45,557 nt of DNA from positions 1 to 45,557 of the forward strand of contig JWZX01002916.1 in NCBI GenBank assembly GCA_001275005.1, given 5' to 3'. Of this stretch, positions 39,101 through 45,557 are shown piece after piece (position 1 is the stretch's first letter; each line of letters begins with the position of its first letter). This DNA is from Chrysochromulina tobinii. Taxonomy: Eukaryota. A model generated the notes under the pieces. The model saw only the letters and a list, made by a program, of their open reading frames with translations, did no database searches and was not told where the DNA came from. Position numbers and translations under genes: made by a program.

Positions 39101-39588
39101 GCAAGAGGCGACGAATGCGCGCCTTCCTGGGTCGGATCCTCAATACTCGCGTCGCGCAGGCCTGGAACCAATGGACCGGCGCCGCGGATGAGCACAACCG
39201 CATGGTGCTCTTTGCGAGCAAGATGCTGCAGCAGCAGTCTCTCAAGGCGTGGAACAAGTGGTACGCGCAGATAGCCACCTTTTGGAGATTGCAGGAGGTC
39301 GCGCATCGCATGATGAACCTGGGGGTGCTACGTGCCTTCGAGACGTGGCTCAGCGTCCGAGAGAAGGACACCAAGATGTCGCGGCGTGAGCGTGCGTGGA
39401 TGACCATGTTCAAGATGCGGAAGCTGACGCGCGCGTGGCGGCTATGGCGCACAAACGCGCACGAGCAGGTTGCACGCGGGCGCATCCGTGACACCTTCCA
39501 CTTCTCCAAAAAGGCCGCCGAGGAGGAAACCTTCGCCGAGGCTGTAGATTGGCGAAAGCAACTCAACTCGAAGCGGACGAAGGCGTGA
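36155..39588 (+). CDS. EF-hand plus Sfi1-like (A-[FWL]-x2-W) repeat protein. Exons 36155-36927, 37319-37439, 37671-38031, 38378-38570, 38679-39588
   Basis: FDFDKSGMVTQEDW EF-hand loop and many periodic AWNSW/AFNQW/ALNRW motifs. Four introns restore the frame. Start is uncertain. Confidence 0.72.
36928..37318 (+). other. Intron (391 nt) with a 13-nt tandem duplication of the donor region and a cassette copy at 37260-37286
   Basis: TC|GTGCGT ... GTTGCAG|A gives WNSWLE. TGCATGCAAGTGCTCACCACGGCGCCC is present. Confidence 0.8.
37440..37670 (+). other. GC-AG intron (231 nt) with GATTGCGTCT and AATTGCYTCT arrays and an internal copy of flanking exon sequence
   Basis: CAG|GCGCGA ... CATTAG|GCGCGC, phase 0. 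37521-37555 resembles exon GACGACCT plus GCGCGAGGAGCGTTCCAAATCGAGCG. Confidence 0.75.
38032..38377 (+). other. Intron (346 nt) containing a 22-25-nt minisatellite (GTCTGGAAGGGG[TG]CCTCCTCGAAG) x9 at 38065-38275
   Basis: G|GTGCGT ... CGCACAG|CC restores the frame. Confidence 0.82.
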
Positions 39589-40070
39589 CCGTCATGGTTG
39601 CCGGCAGCGCGTCGGCGCGTACAAACAACAAAGGAGAAAAGTCGGCACCCGCGTACAAATAAGTACAATGATTAGCGTTCCCGTTCCGGTTTGGAGCGAG
39701 CGAGCATCTTTTTATACAATGTTAGTTGGAGCAGGAAAATCGGGAATAAACGTATTTCGGTCGTGAGTCGCGAGTCGACTCAGACACGAGACCGTCGACA
39801 GGCGGGGCCCCCCGGCGCCCCGCCGCCGCCCGACCACCGCGTGCCGCACAGCGTCAGCGACACCCGTCAGCCCTGTGTCCCCCTCGCTCAGCCCACAGCC
39901 GCTACGACGCGCTAACCCCCTAAAAGCTCTCTCGGGCCCACATCAGACATCTCACACGGATCAGCACCAGGGTGCCACGGTGGCGTGCACGAGCCCAGGC
40001 ACATGATGACATGAAGCACGATCTCGATCGACACACAGCTGTACCGTTTGAGGTAGGTGAGCAGCGGTGA

Positions 40071-40541
40071 TCAATCGCGACTGCTCATCCCGTGATTGCT
40101 GCCACGACGCAACCCGAGGCCGCCATACGCGTGCAGGAGAGACCCCGTGCACATCACAGGGTCCTCCATGTTTGGTCCCTGCAGAACGAACGGGTTCGTA
40201 TCGCCGAGAACCTTGGTCGGACGCGGAGTACGGTGGCTGCGCTGCGTGACGTCGGCCAGCTCGGCCAGCCGGCTATCGAACGCCGAACGAGGAGTGCGGT
40301 GGTTCGTGCCGTTGGGTGATGAAGACCACCCATTCTGCGCATTCTGCGCCTTGGGTAGGGACATTGCTTTCTTGTGTGCCGCCTCCAGCCGGGCGAATTC
40401 CTTCTGGGCGAGCGCGCCTCGCTCAGCGAGACTCAGTGGCCTTTCTGGGATATCTAGTGTGAGCGCCTGCACCGGCTCAGCGTGGCCGATGCGGGTGGGC
40501 ATGTTCGAGGAACCGGCCCTTGAGGACACGGCGGCGGCCAT
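40071..40541 (-). CDS. Hypothetical protein
   Basis: Part of ORF 40071..40760. The ATG at 40541 is in a good CAAAATGG context. No recognisable domain. Confidence 0.4.
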   Translation of the reverse strand: MAAAVSSRAGSSNMPTRIGHAEPVQALTLDIPERPLSLAERGALAQKEFARLEAAHKKAMSLPKAQNAQNGWSSSPNGTNHRTPRSAFDSRLAELADVTQRSHRTPRPTKVLGDTNPFVLQGPNMEDPVMCTGSLLHAYGGLGLRRGSNHGMSSRD

Positions 40542-40758
40542 TTTGTGGACTGAAAATGGCGAGAGCTGAGTTGTTTCCTCTGAAACGGCGGTTTTCGCAA
40601 ACGTAGATCGAGGGGGTGGTTGACGAGCAACGGCTAGATAGTCGACACACGATGCCGAACCACCCGGAGAGTTTGGACGAACGAAATGCCCGACATGACG
40701 CTTCATGAGTTTTTGCGCACACACGGTCGTCGCGTACTCGTACTTGTCGCTTGTCGCC

Positions 40759-40983
40759 ATGGCGAGCTACGGCCAAGTTGATGCTACCTCGGCAGCTGTG
40801 TCCTTAGGTCTCTGCATTCCGATCACCATAGCCTCGACCATCGCGATACTCATCATCGGTTACCGCTCTGCTCCATATGACAGCAGGAGCAGCATCAACA
40901 CCGACGCTGCATCTCAAATCTATCGTCTATGGCAAAGGATTCGTGGACGTGGTGGCCTGCCTGCGGAAATCCTCAGGGATTGA
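40759..40983 (+). CDS. Small single-TM hypothetical protein
   Basis: GCCATGG context and one hydrophobic segment (AAVSLGLCIPITIASTIAILIIGY). Confidence 0.35.
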   Translation: MASYGQVDATSAAVSLGLCIPITIASTIAILIIGYRSAPYDSRSSINTDAASQIYRLWQRIRGRGGLPAEILRD

Positions 40984-41776
40984 CTCATTCACCTGGAAGT
41001 AGTGTCCGCTTGTCTCAGGGCTCTTATACCTCAGGTGTACGCTTTCCCCTCTGTACAGAAGTGGACAGTCATGCAAAAAGCGTCGTCACTCGAGAATTGG
41101 TTCAGCTAGACAAATTGGACGGGATGCATTAGCATTCCATGTGAGATAGCTCTATAGCACGAGATAGAGCACGAGATGGACGACATCTTCTCGACGAAAT
41201 CGAGATCTACATGTCCATTCCGACGGAATACGCGCCCGTGCGGCGCCTCCTTTCTAGGTCCTTTGACCTTTCCCCCTTGAGCGCTCCCTTGCGCCCGAGA
41301 CGATGCCCACACCCGCCCTAGATTCTTTCTGGTTTCACAAAGTCTAGCTGACCCTCCAATCACGATTCTACATTCATATTTTTGCGTACGACTATGCATG
41401 ATCGACGTTGACACCCTCGCCCCGCGAGGCTTTCCGCAGACCGCACGACCGCCGGCGGTCCGCGCTAGCGCGACCGCGAGGTCCGAGGAGTCATGAACAC
41501 GAGTACAGCCGCAACAGTACGGTCAACGGTGCTCAGAGGACCGGCCTTAGACCCGGCACACAGCGAACCACGAGCCAACCCGCACAGCGACATCCGGATA
41601 TGCTCTCTCTCTCTCCACAACAGATTCTCGCACGAAACACACGGTCTCAGACGCGGTGACGCGCAGGGACGCAGAGCACATGTCTCGCTCAGAGCCAAAC
41701 ACTGAGGGTGCAGCGCGGACGTGTTCACAGCCAATGTTCACAGCCAAACACTGAGGGTGCAGCGCGGGGCGCCGCC

Positions 41777-43116
41777 CTAGATGGCATATTCCTTGAGGAG
41801 CGAGCCCGCGATTACTAAACGCTGGATCTCGCTCGTACCTTCATAGATCTCCGTGATGCGTGCATCGCGGTAGAAGCGCTCGGCCGGCATGTCGGTCACG
41901 TAGCCCATCCCGCCAAGCACCTGGATGGCAGCGTGCGCATTCGCAGTCGCGGCCTCCGAGGCAGCGAGCTTGGCCATCGCCGCCTCTTTTGTGTACGGCT
42001 GGCCGTTACTCTTGAGCCCCGCGGCGCGGTGGGTGAGAAGCCTAGCCGCCTCTACGCGCATCGCCATGTCCGCTAACTTGATCTGGATCGACTGGTGCTT
42101 GGCGATGGGCACGTTGAAGGTCTTGCGCTCCTGCGCGTACGCAATCGCGCACTCGAGCGACGCCTGAGCGATGCCAAGAGCCTGCGCCGCGATGCCGATA
42201 CGCCCTCCATCAAGCGTCATCATCGCAACCTTGAAGCCATCGCCTTGCTTGCCGAGCAAGTTGGCCTGGGAGACGCGGACGTTCTCGAAGATGAGGTTGC
42301 CTGTGGACGAGGCGCGGATGCCCAGCTTGTCCTCCTTCTTGCCCAGAGAGAAGCCGGGTGCGTCCGTGGGCACGAGGAACGCGGAGAGCCCCTTGTGCTT
42401 CAGCTCCTTGCTCGTGGTGGCGATCACGACGGCCGCGTGCGCGTCATGCGCGTTGGTGATCCACGCCTTGGTGCCGTTGATCACCCACTCGTCGCCCTCG
42501 AGCCTCGCAGTCGTGCTCGCGGCCGCGGCGTCCGAGCCGTTGCCCGGCTCCGAAAGGCCGAAGCAGCCGAGCTTCTTGCCCGACGCAAAGGGCGTGAGCC
42601 ATTTCGCCTTCTGCTCGTCAGTGCCAAACTTGTTGACCGGATCGCAGTAGAGCGAGTTGTTGACCGACATGATCACGCCAGATGAGGCGCAGCCGCGCGA
42701 GATCTCCTCCATCGCCAGGGCGTACGCGAGCGCGTCCATGCCCGCGCCACCCCACTCCTCCGGGATGGCGATGCCCATCAGGCCCATCTCGCCCATGGCG
42801 GCGATCTGCTCAGCCGGAAAGCGGTGCTCTTTGTCGAGCGCGGCGGCAATCGGCTTGAGCTGTGCATCCGCAAAATCGCGGCACGTTTGCCTGCGCGCAG
42901 CCACGAGAGCGCTTCGTCAGTACGGACATCGCGAGCTGATGGCGCACGCTCGACTGCGGTTGGCTCGCACGCTCACCTCAGCATCTCGTGAGTTTCCGAC
43001 ATGACGCCAACCGGACCTTCGTCATCGGCGAAGGCCGTCGAGAGCTGCCGAGTTGCGAGACGGCGCAGGCCGGTGGTGCCGGTGCGGGCGGCACGCTTCA
43101 GCTGGAGACCAAGCAT
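41777..43116 (-). CDS. ACADS: Mitochondrial short-chain acyl-CoA dehydrogenase. Exons 43116-42977 and 42890-41777
   Basis: Arg-rich presequence, [60 protein letters not shown]. Intron 42976-42891 (GTGAGC..GCAG). Confidence 0.95.
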
Positions 43117-43384
43117 GCTTGTGTTCGTCGTGTGCTTGATTGCTAATCAAGCTTTGCGGAATACACATTGTCGTGGGTCGACGCGCTTGACCCCTGTGAA
43201 GCTACGCAGGCTGTGGTACCTATAACGCCTTAAACAATTCCGAATCCCTTTGTAAACGCGGATCTTCGGCTCCGACCGCGCCTGGAGAGTATAGAGTCTG
43301 GAGAGACTCGATATGACTCTGAGACCATTAAGCCACCAGTACGCCAAAACAAGGGCTCATTGCACAGAACGCGCGACCCCATCG

Positions 43385-43958
43385 TCATGTCGGCACAAAT
43401 CCCGCGTCCGGCATAAGTCGGAGCCATTTGCCAGCATCCTCGACGAACGAGTCGCACTTGAAGACGTCGTACTCCGTAGTGAGCACAGCAGCATTCACGC
43501 CATCCGCCCCCTCAGCACCCTCGTCGGGCCGATTGCTAAGCACGGCGGCCTCCTCGCCCTGGTTGCGAATGAAGACTTGTACTGCGCACCGATGCATGCG
43601 GAGCACGCTTGATCACTGTGAGAGTGAATTCGCAGGTCGCATGCAGGAATGCAGGATTTGGGGAGCACCCAGCTTCCAAGAGTGCACGAGCTGGCCAGGG
43701 CTGCGCACCCTGTGGCTCGACAGGTTCAAAGTCGGGCGAGTCCGTAACGTGCGGCTGCTCGTGCTGCTTCTCGACCCAGTGGTACACCTCGCAGCGATCA
43801 ATCCATTTGCAGTTGATGCAGATGCACGAGCGCGGTGCATCTAGCCGCCGCCGGAAGCTCGATGGCCGTGGAGAGAATTGCGACGGAGCCGTCGACCTCA
43901 ACGAGAGCGATGCGTGCGCCGCGCCGATGAGAATCATGGGCATATGGAGTTTCGGCAT
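43385..43958 (-). CDS. ycf34: Nucleus-encoded Ycf34-like protein with N-terminal targeting extension. Exons 43958-43709 and 43581-43385
   Basis: CICINCKWIDRCEVYHWVEKQHEQPHVTDSPDFEP ... EYDVFKCDSFVEDAGKWLRLMP. Intron 43708-43582 joins the two ORFs. Confidence 0.88.
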
Positions 43959-44081
43959 GGTTTAGCGCGGGGAGAGTGTGAATGCCTCATTCACACGCCC
44001 TCATCATTCATGGGCAGAAGAGCGTAATCCGAGTTTTTATTCCAGGTTTCTGTTTTTAGGATACCTTTCAATGGTGTGAAA

Positions 44082-45089
44082 ATGTCCGACATCACGAACG
44101 TGTTCCGCGAGAGCGTGCGCCGTCGTCGTGCAGCCCTCGGTCGGCCCACGCCGGCCGATGAGCTCATGCCCAAAAGTCGCGAACGCTCCGCCTTCGGAAC
44201 AGAGGCACGGCGGACGCTGCAAAAGATTCGCTCCACCGCGCAGTTCCTTCGCGACAGCCATGCTGCGTACCTCATGGACGATGGGATGCACGGCGGCATG
44301 TCCGAAGCGGAGCGCGACGACGTCGACGCGGAGACGCAGCGCTTCCTTCAAGCATGCGGGGAGAGCATCGAGGGCCTCAAGCAGCATGCCGCCGCAGAGG
44401 CGGGCGAGCTGACCGCCAAGGGCCGACCTGTCGTGTCGCCGCAGCTGAGTGCACACCGGCAAGCCACGCTGCAGCTGCTCTACGATCAGCTCAAGCGCGT
44501 GGCATCCATCTTCGACGAGCACCGCGGGTACCGTCTGCGCCGGGCGACCGAAGAGCGCGACCGGCGGCTGGGTGCGGCCGCGGAGGCTGCTGGGAGCTTC
44601 GGGCATGGCGGAGCGCTGGCGGCGCTGCCCTCGGGCAGTGAGCAGGGCGTTAGTTTCGGGCGATTTGGAAGCGCCATCACCGTCGGGCGTGGCCACGATC
44701 AGCGTGCGGAGGTTGTCAATCTCGACTGGGGCGAGGGCGAGGTGCTCGAGGACGAGCCGCTCGACGAGGCCGAGCAGGCGCAGCTGCAGCTCGAGAACGA
44801 GGCGTTGCAAAAGGAGCTCGAGACGATGGTGGAGCAGGCGCGCGAGGCGGAGACGCGGATGCTCGAGATCTCGAGCCTCTCGCACAGCTTCGCTACCAAA
44901 GTTGACGAGCAAGAATCAGAGGTCGAGACGCTCTTCCAGCACGCAGAGCAGACATCGGAGAATCTGGTGCGCGGCAACGCTTACCTCGACTCCGCTGCGA
45001 AGCATTCGCGCGACTTTCGGTTGCTCGTGCTGTCCATTCTCCTGCTCTCGTCATTTGGGCTCCTTTTTTTGGACTGGTACTACGAGTAG
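44082..45089 (+). CDS. STX18: Syntaxin-18 / SYP81 / Ufe1-type ER Qa-SNARE
   Basis: MSDITNVFR N-peptide, MSEAERDDVDAE, SNARE helix EISSLSHSFATKVDEQ..ENLVRGNAYL, and C-terminal TM ending LLFLDWYYE. Confidence 0.9.
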   Translation: MSDITNVFRESVRRRRAALGRPTPADELMPKSRERSAFGTEARRTLQKIRSTAQFLRDSHAAYLMDDGMHGGMSEAERDDVDAETQRFLQACGESIEGLKQHAAAEAGELTAKGRPVVSPQLSAHRQATLQLLYDQLKRVASIFDEHRGYRLRRATEERDRRLGAAAEAAGSFGHGGALAALPSGSEQGVSFGRFGSAITVGRGHDQRAEVVNLDWGEGEVLEDEPLDEAEQAQLQLENEALQKELETMVEQAREAETRMLEISSLSHSFATKVDEQESEVETLFQHAEQTSENLVRGNAYLDSAAKHSRDFRLLVLSILLLSSFGLLFLDWYYE

Positions 45090-45557
45090 GTAAAGTATCC
45101 CGTACAGGTTCGTGTCAAAAAGTGTCGCAGGACGCCCATTTGGGATTTCGGTTTCGTCGACAGGCTCGGCGGCCAAGCGCACACGCGACGGCCACGGCGA
45201 GCCCTGGCCCCTCCGCTCCTGGAGCCGCCGGCGGCCTCTGTCATCAACCGTCATAAGATAGATGATTTTTGGATTTACAGTTTAGCGCCTGGTCATCACA
45301 TGTGCCGGTCGGGTATTAACGTCGAACCGACGCCGTCTCAGACGGTTTCACTGCACGGCCGCTCTGAGAGTCGGACTCTGACGCTCGGACTCACCTTGTG
45401 GACTCGCTTTCACGTTTATACCGAGTTCTGGAACACCCTCCTTTTTTTCTCTTGAAAAGCCAAAGGGGTGCGGAACGCATTTGAGCGCGTCGCTGCCGGG
45501 CTCGCTGGCGGCTTCAGACGCGCTCGGGTCGGCCCGTTCGGGCTTCGAGGCGACGCC

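Noticed and set aside
40757..40762. Two ORFs diverging from a single CCATGG palindrome
   Set aside because: The minus gene more plausibly starts at 40541, and both ORFs are weakly supported.
43582..43709. 9-nt direct repeat GGTGCGCAG at both ends of the ycf34 intron
   Set aside because: It is short, overlaps normal splice consensus and has no family filler, so chance is likely.

Overview
GC-rich, gene-dense eukaryotic nuclear DNA with spliceosomal introns. The plastid-type Ycf34 gene, the selenoprotein and GC-AG introns suggest a haptophyte-like alga (inference). About 17 protein genes can be read: a UBA-like/RanBP2-ZnF/RRM/USP-like protein, GRP94, a METTL21-type methyltransferase fused to a 2OG-Fe(II) oxygenase, a VPS9 GEF, a RING-H2 protein, selenoprotein W with in-frame TGA and SECIS, a DUF6067/GH123-like hydrolase, a PRKCSH-like protein, organellar uL18, a large PHD/ELM2/PLU-1-like chromatin protein, NDC1, an FLZ zinc-finger protein, MBF1, an EF-hand/Sfi1-like repeat protein, short-chain acyl-CoA dehydrogenase, Ycf34 and syntaxin-18. 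The main signal is intron architecture. Of about 26 introns inferred by hand, about 16 contain a copy of the adjacent exon sequence, which usually supplies one splice site. The rest of each such intron is either a shared ~50-nt branch-point/acceptor cassette (TGCATGCAAGTGCTCAYCACGGCGCC...CAG, 7 copies in 5 genes) or tandem 10-12-mers carrying a CTRAY branch-point motif. An antisense unspliced version, an acceptor-defective version and internal AG|GT junction copies are also present. This looks like an ongoing intron-generating process that differs from classic TIR introners. All splice calls are inferred from sequence and reading-frame restoration, not from transcripts.
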